Origin: Octopus sinensis
Taxonomy: Eukaryota
Direction of reading: 5' to 3'
Assembly (NCBI RefSeq): GCF_006345805.1
Contig: NC_043003.1
Span: 6,014,001-6,078,000 of the forward strand
Length of the DNA: 64,000 bases
The notes beneath the pieces were generated by a model, which was not told the DNA's origin, did no database searches, and worked only from the letters and a program-made list of their open reading frames with translations. The position numbers were made by a program, and so were the translations under genes. This document shows positions 12,572-26,139 of this stretch, piece by piece. Numbering within the stretch: position 1 is the stretch's first letter; the number at the start of each line of letters is the position of its first letter.

Positions 12572-12958
12572 GAAACCCACAGATACAACTTCTCTGCTCT
12601 TTTTTAAATTCCTATAATTTTTTCTCAGCACTGATGAGTACTCAGGTATATGTAAATTCTAAAATGAACCTATATCTATCCACGAAACGATTGTATGCAT
12701 AAATAAACTTCTTACAAATTTTTAGTACCTTATCTCCTCCATTTTTGACAAATATGATTGGATTTGTAGGACTTCATTCCATAAATTAATCATTCTCTTC
12801 ATATACTAATCCTACTTTCCATATCTTCGCCAATTCACATCGGTAAACTCTCAGCAAAGTATGAAGAATCAATATTAGAAATCTTTTGGAAACCATTCCA
12901 AATAAAGGATGAATCCACATTCAAACTTTTACACACGTATCTATGTGCATATGTATGT
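12572..12958 (+). repeat. Direct repeat copy 1 (pLTR-like) upstream of the PLE ORF
   Basis: Aligns end to end with 17402-17792. Confidence 0.85.
12627..12699 (+). ncRNA. Degenerate hammerhead ribozyme (paralogue of 17459-17531)
   Basis: CUGAUGA at 12631 and GAAACGAUUGUA at 12684 intact; stems I and II partly broken. Confidence 0.5.
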
Positions 12959-13107
12959 GTATAGTTATATTTATATATAGGTATGTATGTATGCATGTCT
13001 GTATATTTGTATAAATATATATATGTATATGTAAGTTTTATAATATCTTAACTTATTACTATTATTAATAACCATAATTGTTAATAAGAACCAGATTTCT
13101 AACAAAA

Positions 13108-15405
13108 ATGGAGAAGATTGCAGTGGACACAGCTCTAAATGATATACCATTACTGGCTCGTAAAGATTACATTAAGGATATCATCGCTAAATTCCATGAA
13201 TTAACATAAAGAATGAGATGGAAGGCTTTATTCGAAGATAAAGAACACAGAGCAGAAGAAAATTTATGCGATAATACCATCGAGGAACTTATCAAAATTA
13301 GAAGAAATTTTAAATCCAGAAAGTCCACCCAGCAAACCGTAAACTAGTAAATTTCGAAGACGACTTATGGAAACTACTTTAAAATTTTGAGTTTAAGAAA
13401 AACCCTCTCAAGAAAAAAAAACCAGTTAATTAAAGTACAAAGTTAAGGAGATTAGAAAACTGAATGGAATCTTCGTACAGGCTGACAAAACTGGAATTTT
13501 ATACAACGTAGACGTAGATTTATATCACAAACTGTTACATAAAGACATACTCAAAAAATACAAATTAATAAACAAAGATATTCTCAGATCCATTAATCTT
13601 CAAACTAAGGAATTAATGAAAGAGTACGGAATTGATGAATATATGAATCCTCTAGACATAGAGTTAGCCTTAAAGACCACAAATCAGACCTAGGAAAATT
13701 AAACAAAATTATTATATATAAACATCTACACTCACTTAAATCAAAAATAAATTTTGCCTTTGGTCCAAAATAATAGGTGCCATAAACTGGTTTATCAATA
13801 CACCCGACAAAAAATGCAAATTCATTCAATTGGATATCAACGACTATTACCAGTTAATTAAACCAATATTATTAAATAAGGCACTAATCTTCGCTAAGAA
13901 CAGAACCAACTTATCTATGAAGGGAATTAAAATTATACTTGCAGCTAGGGAGACAATAATATTATATGAAGGAAAGCATTGGACTAGAAAAGATACGATT
14001 GAATGATTCGACATAGCTATGGGCGCGCAGGATTCCGCTGAAGTAACCAACTTAGTCGGAATATAACTACTGCACAAATTTAAGAAAGGATTCCCCGAAT
14101 TCGAAGGTGGATTATACCGGGACGAATCCCTATTCTTAGTCAGAAACACCTCAAATAGAAAATTAAAACTCTACAAACATTCTTTTAAAAGCCAAGAACT
14201 CACTATTTGCTTTGAAAAAGATAACACGATTGACTTCCTCGACGTCAACTTCAACCTTAATCCTTCTACCTACCAGCCTTACCATAAACTTAACACCAAT
14301 ATAACATACATAAATGTGCACAGTAACCATCCACACAACATTATTGAAAACCTGACCGCTAACATGGAGAGAACAATAAATTTACTATCATGTAACAAAG
14401 AAATATTTAATAAACAAAAGGATTGTTATAACCTAGTACTTAAGAATTCAGGATATAAATATGAAATGAAGTACAACAAAAACAACACAAGTAGATTTTA
14501 ATATTAAACATGATTACAGAAATACTAAAGTTAAAATTGTATATCCTAAATAAAAAATAATGAAAACTCCCAATAATAGTCATAAACATAACATCAACAA
14601 TAAACACGACCATCATCATTATAATAACAATACAAAAAAAACTCAAATATTACGAGTACCACAGCAGAAATAATACTCAGAAAAAGAATAAAAATCTTAG
14701 TAATTATCACCTTTCTAACCACCCTAATGTAAATAAAGCTAAAAATACTGGCAACATAAACCATAACTATATGATTAAAGATAAAATTAGGAACATTAAG
14801 GCAACAAACAGAAAAAAAACAGGAATAATGAAAATAAGACAATTTGCTATAATGATATGAATAACCAGAATACTTTAATTAATAAAGATAGTAATAACAT
14901 AGTAAAAAAGAAATATATACCGTGTATGAAACGATTTTACTCTGTAAATAAAACCCAATTCTTTACCAATGCAGACAGCGAGAAACCATTTGGATAATAA
15001 TTCCTTTTGCAAAACATTTAAAATCGAACTTTATTAGATCCATCAGAATAATTATTAATAAATGCTTCAAAAATACAAAATATGCAAAAATATTTCATAA
15101 TAAAAACATTAGATTTGGATTTTCACTTTCTAGAAATCTTTTTAGGATAACATCTTCATTTAATAATAAGGAACTGCATCAATTCTAACAAAACAAAATT
15201 GCTGAACCTGAACCTAGAACCTCCAACAATATTAATAATAAACGATATAATGTTACAATTAACAATATCAATACTAATAATAATCACAACTCCACAAAAT
15301 ATACATATAACACTACTACACCAACCACAAATGCAATTTCAGAGACCCTAATGTTCGTAAATTAGAAAGAAATTGTAAAAAAATGTGGTATACCAGGCGA
15401 CAATT
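13108..15405 (+). pseudogene. Decayed Penelope-like element ORF (RT plus start of GIY-YIG region)
   Basis: ATG at 13108; RMRWKA (13210), QLDINDYY (13827), MGAQDSAEV (14019), GGLYRDES (14106), FLDV (14235), HSNHP (14319), RKTIWIIIPF (~14980), NCKKCGIPGDNY near 15400; many stops and frameshifts. Confidence 0.9.
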
Positions 15406-15416
15406 ATAGCACAGTA

Positions 15417-15488
<72 letters not shown>

Positions 15489-15489
<1 letters not shown>

Positions 15490-15739
15490 AATGGTTGTAT
15501 ACTGTCAGTCTAACACGAACGTGACAGTAGGGGGTACACCACCGCTGTATAGCCCTAGGAAGCATCGACGCCTCCTGATGGCTTTGACACATTTTCCTGT
15601 GTCCTATATACATTTATATACGGACACAGGAAAAATGTGTCAAAGCCATCAGGAGGCGTCGATGCTTCCTAGGGCTATACAGCGGTGGTGTACCCCCCTA
15701 CTGTCACGATCGTGTTAGATTGACAGTATACAACCATTC
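15489..15739. mobile_element. Near-perfect 250-bp palindrome (foldback element)
   Basis: ~117-bp arms with about 2 substitutions and 2 single-base indels; 17-nt AT spacer. Confidence 0.85.
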
Positions 15740-16063
15740 TATCGCCCCACCACCGTACATATCTCTACGAGAGATTTAGAAATTTAGTATTTCTGATATA
15801 TATATATATACGATTTAGAGAAAAACCTCTATTAAACAATTCAATGAAGTATGTCAAAAGTATTATTATTTGCAAAGTACTTTTACGACCATATATAGCC
15901 AAACCCTTTCGTTCTCACCTAATACTTAGCAAGAAAAATAATTTTGACATAACTTTTAGGATTTTCTCTAAATTATATACATATATTATATATATTGTAA
16001 AATTTGATTTAAATTGTTAAATTTAATTTTTCCCTGTAAGATTTGGAATTATATTCCTTATTA

Positions 16064-16114
<51 letters not shown>

Positions 16115-16244
16115 TATATATATATATATATAATATATATGCATGTGTGTGTGTGTATTTATTTACATATGCATATGTGTATTTGTACATGTATATGTAT
16201 GTGTATCTAGTATATATATATATATATTATATATATATATATAT

Positions 16245-16277
<33 letters not shown>

Positions 16278-17034
16278 TACATGCCCTGAACTTATATAAC
16301 GTGTATTTTATTCATTACGAACATATATAGCCAAATTAGTTCCTACCTAATACTTAGCAAGAATAATACTTTTGACATTACTTTTTCTATATATACAAAA
16401 TATTCCTTTTGAATAACATTATCCTACACATTCAATACCTTTATCATTAATCTCTCTCTTTCTTTTACTCTCACCATTCCCCCTGTCCCAGTACACCCTA
16501 TACTTGATTATTATTTCTTCTTCTTTATCTCCCCTACGCTAATATAATTTCCTTTCCTTTTCACCCTCTCCTAATTTATTAACTTATCGCTTCTATATTT
16601 CTCTTCTTACTACATCTAAAATGTTCTTTTATCTCTCTTCTTAACAATATACTTCGTAAATATTATACAACCTTAAGCGTCGTCGTATTTGCCTTTGAAT
16701 TACCACTTTTCCCCCCATTTTCTCCTTCATTATACTTCCATGTTACCTTAATACGGATCTTGAGTAAACAAGGATCCTTAATAGACATCCACTTCATTCT
16801 TTTTAATTTCTCCTCAAATCCCTATATCTTCATAAATGACTACATTAACCTTCTAGTTTTAGATTTACAAACATAATTTCTTACGCTAAAATTTCTTCAT
16901 CTGTTTATGATTTAAAAAAAAATACCAAGTAGTGTTTTCAACCGTTAGATTTAACTTACATTAATTAGTTAATGTTTTCACATTGAACATTTCTCTAACT
17001 AACTCACCCTATGCTGCATATATAGAGTTTTAAT

Positions 17035-17267
17035 TAGCATATCATGGCCACTGCCAGCTTCGCCTGGCACCTGTGCTGGTGGCACATAAAAAGCACCCAC
17101 TACACTCACGGAGTGGTTGGCATTAGGAAGGGCATCCAGCTGTAGAAACACTGCCAGATCAGACTGGAGCCTGGTGCAGCCTTCTGGCTTCCCAGATCCC
17201 GGTCGAACCGTCCAACCCATGCTAGAATGGAAACCGGACGTTAAACGATGATGATGATGATGATGAT
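17035..17267 (+). mobile_element. RTE-type LINE 3' end
   Basis: gcacccactacactcacggagtggttggcattaggaagggcatccagc...ggacgttaaacgatgatgatg with (GAT)n tail; recognised by recall of the family. Confidence 0.65.
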
Positions 17268-17401
17268 CTTTACTACTCTATAGAGAGAAAGTTATTGATA
17301 TCAATATATTTATATCATCCCCTAACCGTTCATCCGTTAGCTGTGATTTAATAATTGACATGACTTCCATCACTATCACACATAGAGGAACAGATAAACA
17401 C

Positions 17402-17790
17402 GAAACTCATAGATCCAACTTCTCTGCTCCTTTTTAAGTTCCTATAATTATTTTTCTCTGCACTGATGAGTACTTTGATATTTACAAATTCTAAAATGAA
17501 TTTATATCTATGTACGAAACGATTGTATGCATGGGTAAACTTCTTACAAATTTTTAACATCTTATCTCCACAATTTTTGACAAATATGATTGGATTTGTA
17601 GGACTTCATTCCATAAATTAATCATACTCTTAATATACTAATCCTACTTTCCATATCTTCGGCAATTTACACCAGTAAACTCTCAGCAATGTATGAAGAA
17701 TCAATGTTAGAAATGTTTTTGGAAACCATTCCAAATAAAGGGCGAATCCACATTCAACCTTTTACAGACGTATCTATGTGCATATGTATG

Positions 17791-17792
<2 letters not shown>
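17402..17792 (+). repeat. Direct repeat copy 2 (pLTR-like)
   Basis: Aligns with 12572-12958. Confidence 0.85.
17459..17531 (+). ncRNA. Type-I hammerhead ribozyme with extended stem II
   Basis: UGCA CUGAUGA GUAC-(GAUAU..AAAUUC uaaaau GAAUUU AUAUC)-GUAC GAAA C GAUU G UA UGCA; predicted cleavage after A17527. Confidence 0.75.
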
Positions 17793-17859
<67 letters not shown>

Positions 17860-17923
17860 AATAAATATATATATATGTAAATATATATATATACATATAT
17901 ATATATATGCATATTTATGTATG

Positions 17924-18052
<129 letters not shown>

Positions 18053-18589
18053 TGGGTTAGGAGAAATATTTGACGTAGCCAGTGCATGTGTTTAATTAAC
18101 ATAGACAAACACTATGTCGAATACTCTAAATGAAAATTCTTGACTAAATTATCGCTGCCATTGGATGATGTATTATTTTTACCATGTGGAATTTAAGAAA
18201 AGTACCAATTAAGAAGGGAAGATAATCACATTATACACTATACATCACATTTTTCCTAAGGCACTGCTTATTAAAGCGACACGGTGATTTATTACGAAAG
18301 TTACATAGAGCATGATGAATCTGATTATTTCTAGTTATAATAGGTTCTGCTCGACTATCCTTAATATATCATTATTGGAATAAGGTATATCAATGTGTTG
18401 AGCATTTGCAGTCAAGTTTGTATCGCAGTCATGCATGTGGTTAGGAGTCACGGTATTCACTGGACCAGTACCTTAAGAAAAACATAGCAAATAAGTGCTC
18501 TGTTACTGCTCTTAGCAAAGAGCATGTTCATATTTTCGCGTCCTCATCTTCAATCAAACTTCGCTGAAGTAAACGCAAATATACATTTA

Positions 18590-18800
18590 GTTTGAATTTA
18601 GGATGAGGGAGTTTGGCGTTGATGCCCTTGTCTGTGTTTCGTGCCTTGCGGTAGGTTTATCCGGAACTCTTGACAGGAGATCCAGTTTTGTTTTGATAAT
18701 GCCTAATACATATCATGCAGGTCTCTCAGGCTTTGTGGGAGGATACTGGAGCGCTTTGAGCCCTTGAAACCCAAGCTGTTGCAGTCTCTGGGCCTGTATC
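18590..18800 (-). mobile_element. CR1-type LINE 3' coding end
   Basis: Minus peptide resembling LP.SLRDL...KTKLD.L.SRVPDKP...RA..NSL. Confidence 0.55.
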
Positions 18801-19339
18801 CTGATATAAATATCTGTGTGCGTGTGTGTGTGTGTGGTTTCATAACGTATGCATATATGTGTATATATGTGTGTGTTTATGGCTATTTATGTATGTGCGT
18901 ATACATGTGTCCATATATGTAAGCCTGTATATATACATATTTGTGTATGTATATATGCAGCTGAAGAAACGTCTGGAGGTGTATATCTGCATAGGATATG
19001 CTGTGCCTTTCATTCTTCAGAGAATGACATCAGAATCCGTCGTTGTTATTAAGGGGTGAGGTGACAAAATCTTAAGCACGCCGATCAATCTGTTAAGCGG
19101 TGTTTGATCCTTTCGAGATCGATAAATTGTCACCTGTTGAATACTCTGGTGAATGTAATTGACACTATCTCCTTCTCCCAAATTGTTGGTTTTGTGTCAA
19201 AATTTAAACCCTTTATATATTATATTATAATGAATGGGTTACATTTTTCAATAAATAAGCAATCATACAACAAGGAGCACACAGCGTGTGCAACAGTCTA
19301 AGCCATGGTGATAACTGCGAAACAAACGAGTCATCAGCA

Positions 19340-19357
19340 AATTATTATTATCATTAT

Positions 19358-19420
<63 letters not shown>

Positions 19421-19473
19421 TATTATTATTATTATTATTATATTATTATTATTATTTATTATTATTATTATTA

Positions 19474-19517
<44 letters not shown>

Positions 19518-19600
19518 TATTATTATTATTATTATTACTATTATTATTATTATTATTATTATTAATATTACTATTATTATTATTATTATTATTATTATTG
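19340..19600. repeat. (TAT)n trinucleotide tract
   Basis: Direct inspection. Confidence 0.95.
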
Positions 19601-19965
19601 AGTGAGAGAGCAGTTCATGCCATCAAAGTGACACTGGGGTACAAATATACGAAGCCCACTATACCCATCATGACTACCCGTCTGATAACGGTACACCAGG
19701 CACATGCATCACAACCATGTGTGCGCGACATGGTGATCACATATCAAGATAAACAGCACATGACCTTGCAGGTGGGGCCCAGTTAGAATTTTCTTCTAGT
19801 CGATTGGCCCATCCACTCAAAAGGTCCCTGAATAAGGATTGTTTAAGGATATTGAACAAAACACCCATATTTCCAAAGGTGAATTATTCAAACCCCAAAG
19901 AATTCCTTTCAGTACACGGCTATGATGTTCCCCCACTACTTCTGCTCATGATTGCAGAGAGCACC
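19600..19965 (-). mobile_element. Probable retroelement 3' end abutting (TAA)n
   Basis: Complex sequence (gagtgagagagcag...) starts exactly at the end of the (ATT)n tract; same geometry as the R4/Dong copy at 37136. Confidence 0.45.
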
Positions 19966-20296
19966 GTTATAAACTGTCTGACCTCACTTCCGGTGCTGTT
20001 ATGGGTTTTTGTCGTACGCTGTATTATGTTACATCCAGCAATAATTCATCCAGCATATTCAAGCATTTCTTACGCAATAGTTCAACATTTCAAGGCGATT
20101 TGTCAACTAAATTTATTCAAATGTTACTTGCTGTAAGCCTCAGACTGGCAAATATATTTATCTGCAGATATGAATATTTTCTGAAATGAATTCTTGTTTC
20201 TTCTACGATTATTCAGTACATCCAGAAGTAGTATGAACAAACTTTTGTTTTACACTCCTTTTACATATAAATATATTAAGGAGATTCGTATATATA

Positions 20297-20438
20297 AGGT
20301 GCAGGAGTGGCTGTGTGGTAAGTAGCTTGTTTACCAACCACGGGTTGGGCAAGTGTCTTCTACTATAGCCTCGGGCCGACCAAAGCCTTGTGAGTGGATT
20401 TGGTAGACGGAAACTGAAAGAAGCCCGTCGTATATATG

Positions 20439-20496
<58 letters not shown>

Positions 20497-20705
20497 TGTG
20501 TCTGTGTTTGTCCCCCTAGCATTGCTTGACAACCGATGCTGGTGAGTTTATGTCCCCGTTACTTAGCGGTTCGGCAAAAGAGACCGATAGAATAAGTACT
20601 GGGCTTACAAAAGAATAAGTCCCGGGGTCGAGTTGCTCGATTGAAGGCGGTGCTCCAGCATGGCCGCAGTCAAATGACTGAAACAAGTAAAAGAGTAAAG
20701 AGTAT
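20297..20705 (+). mobile_element. tRNA-derived SINE family A with internal (TA)n(TG)n tract
   Basis: Head ggagtggctgtgtggtaag, CORE-like ttgggcaagtg, tail aaagagta repeats; matches copies at 51-56 kb. Confidence 0.9.
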
Positions 20706-20805
20706 ATACATGCATTTGCATACATGTGTGTGTGTGTGTTTTTCATATTTACTACGGATTGCTTGACGCTAACTTTCTGCCTACACCTCGATCCGTGGAA
20801 CTTCT

Positions 20806-20848
<43 letters not shown>

Positions 20849-21212
20849 CATGTAAGGTCGGGGATTGCAGTGCACGCAGAAAGTTAGCTTCAAGCAATCT
20901 GTAATAAATATAAAACAACATTCAGGGACAATAGTGGATTATTGAGACGGAAGTTTGAGGACTTTTTCGTATCGAAGTAAGATAAACCGAAGATGTTCTA
21001 TTCATATTTCATGTTAGGCAACCAGGTCTGCTGGGTGTGCGAATAAGAATACAAGAGTTACGAAATGGGGTACATAAGATCCGGGTTACATATATTTCAT
21101 AGCGAACAGAACCTCAGAAATGGTAAATATCCAGGCAAGGTGTATACTGCAAGCTACTCTTCAGGCCAAGGATATCTTGATTAAATGAAAGTTTACATTC
21201 TGCAAGGAAGTG

Positions 21213-21246
<34 letters not shown>

Positions 21247-21264
21247 ATATACACAATATATACA

Positions 21265-21353
<89 letters not shown>

Positions 21354-21443
21354 GTATGTATATATATATATATAAAAGGTGTGTGTACCGTTTGGCGATT
21401 TTTTTCCTCCGTCTTCCTTTCTTTGGATCTTTCCTTTTTCTAT

Positions 21444-21478
21444 GTTTCTGACGAAGAGCTCTGCTCGAAACGTAAAAC
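21444..21478 (+). ncRNA. Minimal type-I hammerhead ribozyme (canonical core) in a PLE-type relic (~21380-21580)
   Basis: GUUU CUGACGA A GAGC ucu GCUC GAAA CG UA AAAC. Confidence 0.75.
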
Positions 21479-21577
21479 CCTCCTTCTTTCCTTCTTTCCT
21501 GAGCGTCCAATAATAGTACACTTGTTCCACGTTCTCGCGTTGTTCAGTTTTCTCTTTTTGTTTTCATGTTTGGATTA

Positions 21578-21622
<45 letters not shown>

Positions 21623-21872
21623 CAATGTAAGGGGGTTTAGTTCACAGGTGATCAGAATTAAATTAAAAAATTAAATTACCGAATCAATACGAATTTAATA
21701 TCGACATATATGAATATTTTAAAAAATATAAATATGTATAAATATTCATAGAAGCACTTGAAAATGAAATCCATGTGGGATTATTTTTGAAAAAAGTTTG
21801 AGGAAAAGAGAACTGGTGAATTTTTATTTTCTGTACTAAGATTAAGTGCGGTTAAGAGTTCCATTTTTTATA

Positions 21873-22029
21873 AATATATAAATGGTATATAATACAATTC
21901 GCGGAAGCCCACTTTTTACGGCCGTTTCCAGAGTTCATATCCTAGTGGAAAAATTAATAAGACATGAACTCTGGAAACGGCCGTAGAAAGTAGACTTCCT
22001 AGAATTGTATTATATACGATTTATATATT
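21873..22029. repeat. Inverted repeat with ~66-bp arms
   Basis: ...tttttacggccgtttccagagttcat / atgaactctggaaacggccgtagaaag... Confidence 0.85.
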
Positions 22030-22227
22030 TTAATGCAAAACAGATTAAATTTTATGGATATTTAAATTGAAACTCCCTACTCGAATGGACCATCATACCA
22101 CAAAATTTGACTTAAAAAGGATCTATTTAAGCCTAGCAGGTGGTGCTATTAAGTTAGACATGGACTGGACCAATCTTTGATCGAAACTTATCTAAGTTAT
22201 CAATGTTATAAGTGTGTGTGTGCGTGT

Positions 22228-22337
<110 letters not shown>

Positions 22338-22554
22338 TTAAGGTGTATTCCGTTAGTACAAAATAGAACTTGTTGACCCTTAGAATTACCAAATAGCCGG
22401 TAGTATTACGGTATACTTCCAAGACTAGGTTTAGACATTCGTCGTGTGTGAAAATAAAATTGAATAAGATGTAGAAATAGTTGTCTAACATGTAATGTTG
22501 CATTTAAAAAACAAGGAAACATTAAAATGGCTTTTTAAGTTTTAGAACATTTGT

Positions 22555-23440
22555 TTATTTAATCAAAATATGATCATTGTATATTTATGACCGTCTTCCA
22601 ATGTTCCTCTTAGGCATATATTCCATCTTCAAAGAATCTGTCATCTTTTACACCGACAAGCTGTTCGAATGCTTCAATTACCACCTCTTTAATGTGTTAT
22701 TGCGTATAGTAAGCTCGAAGTGTTTAAATATATTTGACAATCAGTAGGAGATTTATTAGAAGAATAAAGAAGATGTGCCAAAATTTCATAATTCTAGCTT
22801 TTCCGCTTATGGATAGTAGTTTGAGAAGTGTGAGATCGTGCATTATCATGAAGCCAAATTGGACCATCTCTATTCACTAATCTGGGTTGCTTCTTTTTTA
22901 ATTTTTCATACAGACAATCATTTTCTTGGAGTCGATAAAAAAATGGTTCTCTTTCCAACCAAGAAATCAATATGGAACACACTGTAAGGCGTCTATTTCT
23001 TTGAATCTCATTAAATTGAGGGGGAACAAGCTTATCCATCTTTTTGACTTTTCCAATTTTCTTCAAGTGTCGCGAAGCAGTTGCGGGAGATGTCTGATCC
23101 GATTTTTCAGACCGTTTTTCTCGGATTTCGTTTAACCAAAGCATTCAATTCAGCATGCCGAATAACTGATTTTGGTATCCCTCTTGGTTCGTTTTTAAGA
23201 GTTTCATTTTCTGAACGAAATCTTGGGAACCATCTCTGAACAGTTCCAATGTCAACGGAAGCCCGTTGTAGACAAAATAACGTAACCAACATGTAACCGA
23301 AAGCCCGCTTGATGTTTCGTAGAGCTTCGTTGCCAGAGTGACCCAACTTGTATTCGTACAAGAAAATCACTCGGTATTGTTCAGTTGTCAACATTGTCAA
23401 AAGAGCTGTGGGTAGCAATTTTGAATAATAGCACTGTCTA
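22555..23440 (-). mobile_element. Internally deleted mariner relic
   Basis: YRVIFLYEYKLG, TVQRWFPRFRSENETL, KVKKMDKLVP, WLHDNARSH. Confidence 0.85.
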
Positions 23441-23570
23441 GGAAGAGAAGGAGTTAAGTGTAAACACTAGCATATACATAGAAACTCATCAAAAATCCAT
23501 TTATATAGATGATTCATAAGAAACCCATTTACAATACGATATTCATGTGAGAAAACCTAACATATATATA

Positions 23571-23639
<69 letters not shown>

Positions 23640-23651
<12 letters not shown>

Positions 23652-23995
23652 CATTTATGTAAGTATGTATGCATGTATGTATATATAATGTATGTTTGTA
23701 TGGATGTATGTTTGTATGTATGTATGTATGTATGTATGTATGCATGTATGTATATATGTATGTATGTATGTGTGTGTGTATGTATGTTTGTATGTATGTG
23801 TGTGCATGTATGTATGTATGTATGTATGTATGTATGTTTGATTGTATGCATGTATGTTTGTATGTATGTATGTATGATTGTATGCATGTATGTTTGTATG
23901 TATGTATGTATGTATGTATGTTTGTATGTATGTATGTATGTATGTATGTATGTATGTATGTATGTATGTATGTATGTATGTATGTATGTATGTAT
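23640..23995. repeat. (TATG)n tract (others at ~25815-25935 and ~51595-51690)
   Basis: Direct inspection. Confidence 0.95.
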
Positions 23996-24287
23996 AAAGA
24001 ACTATGTATAAAGAACTATGTATAAAGAACTGTGTATACTTATCTGTTGACATATATTTATGAAAATGGTAAATCATTAGTCGCATTCCCTCTCTATCTT
24101 AATTCCAGCCGTATATGACACACGGAACTTGATGCAGTGACATATCGAGACAAGAGAATATGTAACAACACGGAATAAGTAAAACAAAACACCTGCTGAA
24201 ATATATCTCTCGCTACAAACTCACTCGCATAGAAACGTCTATGCACACATACATACATACTTACATATATATATATATATATGTATG

Positions 24288-24340
<53 letters not shown>

Positions 24341-24679
24341 ATATATACATATATATATATAATGTATATATATGTATATATATATAATATATATATAATA
24401 TATATTATATATATATTATATGTACATATATGTATATATATATGTGTATATATAATGTGTATATATATATGTATATAATTTAAGTAATCAGAAAATGGAG
24501 AAAACTTTAGATCATCAAATAAATTGGACCTCATCTGTAGATTATTTTTCAATACAAAACATGTCAACATTTCTGTGACATAACAGTTCTTGCGGCCGTT
24601 TCCGCTTCCAATGGTGTCAGTCGGTGCCTTCGAAAGAATTACGAAAACAGTATTCCTCATCTTCATAGGATATTCGAAC

Positions 24680-25255
24680 TAGACCAATACGCTGGTACAG
24701 AATTAAGTCCAGATTATAACGAGTGTCAACAAGCACATCCGTGGTATAAAAGGTACAGGAAAATAACATAAAACAAAATAAATAATGTTAAAATTTAAAA
24801 TTTGAAATTTGAATTAGTTTTTGGGAATCATAACATTGTGGTTGAATAACCCTTATCCTCTGTGTTCTTAAATAAGCTCGTGAATAAAATATCTGGCATT
24901 CGAGAGGAATGGCTTACTTAGTATAAGATGTAGGTTGTTGATATGGGTGGGCCCTAAACTCAGAATTTGTGTAAAAGGAGACGGGTATGTTATAAAAACT
25001 TGCAAGGGCCCCGGTATTACTACTAGCAAACTAACTTTAATTAAGGAGCATATATATATAGTCTTCAAATTACTATTAAGGCTACTATTTCTATGGTGTG
25101 GGGTACTTGCTGCTATTTTGTGGTGGTATAAGGGTTTCTAATGATATTTACATTTATTTTGTTTCATATTATTTTCCTGTACCCTTTATACCATGGATGT
25201 GCTTGTTGACACTTGCTGTAATCTGGACTTAATTCTGTACCAGCATATTGGTCTA
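24680..25255. repeat. Inverted repeat, ~110-bp arms (24680-24790 and 25148-25255) with ~360-bp spacer
   Basis: tagaccaatacgctggtacagaattaagtccag... / ...ctggacttaattctgtaccagcatattggtcta. Confidence 0.85.
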
Positions 25256-25760
25256 CCTCCACTTAAAATAGACCCTAATAGTCCTACCCAATTATGAACA
25301 ACATTACCCTACTGTAGGATTTATTTTATTCAACCCAGTGTTACCTTTCTCCACCATAGATTGTATGGGTCTGTACTTGGACACTTCAGAGGTTTTACTT
25401 CCCAGGAGATATTTGTAAACTTGGGTTTATTATGCAGGATTGAAAGTGTAATTTGCTGGTGGACCTAGTATGACTGCACCCACGTAAGGGTCAAGATAAT
25501 TATTAAATTTAATGATATGAACAATCTAAGTTTCTAGGATAATGTAACACATACTAAGTAAATTTAGTAAACTGTGCTGGAGCGTGAGGATTTGATTAAT
25601 CTCAGCGATTAACATAGGATTTGATCGTAAATCTTAATCGCTGAAATGTTTGTGGTTTTTTTGCTTCTGCCCTTTCGTATACTATATATGTGTGTTTATA
25701 TATATATATATATATATATTTGTGTGTGTATATAGTTGTGTTCTACGTATGTGTGTATGC

Positions 25761-25803
<43 letters not shown>

Positions 25804-26051
25804 ATATTATGCACGTATGTAAGTATGTATGCATGTATTTATGTATGTCTGTATGTATGTATGCATGTATGTATGTATGTATGTATCTATGTATGTATGT
25901 ATGTATGTATGTATGTATGTATGTATGTATGTATAGATAACTATTATACTTATCTATTGAAATATATTTATGAAAATGGTAAATCCTTAGTTGCATTCCC
26001 TCTCTATCTTAATTCCAGCCGTATATGATACACGAAACTTGATGTAGTGAC

Positions 26052-26139
<88 letters not shown>

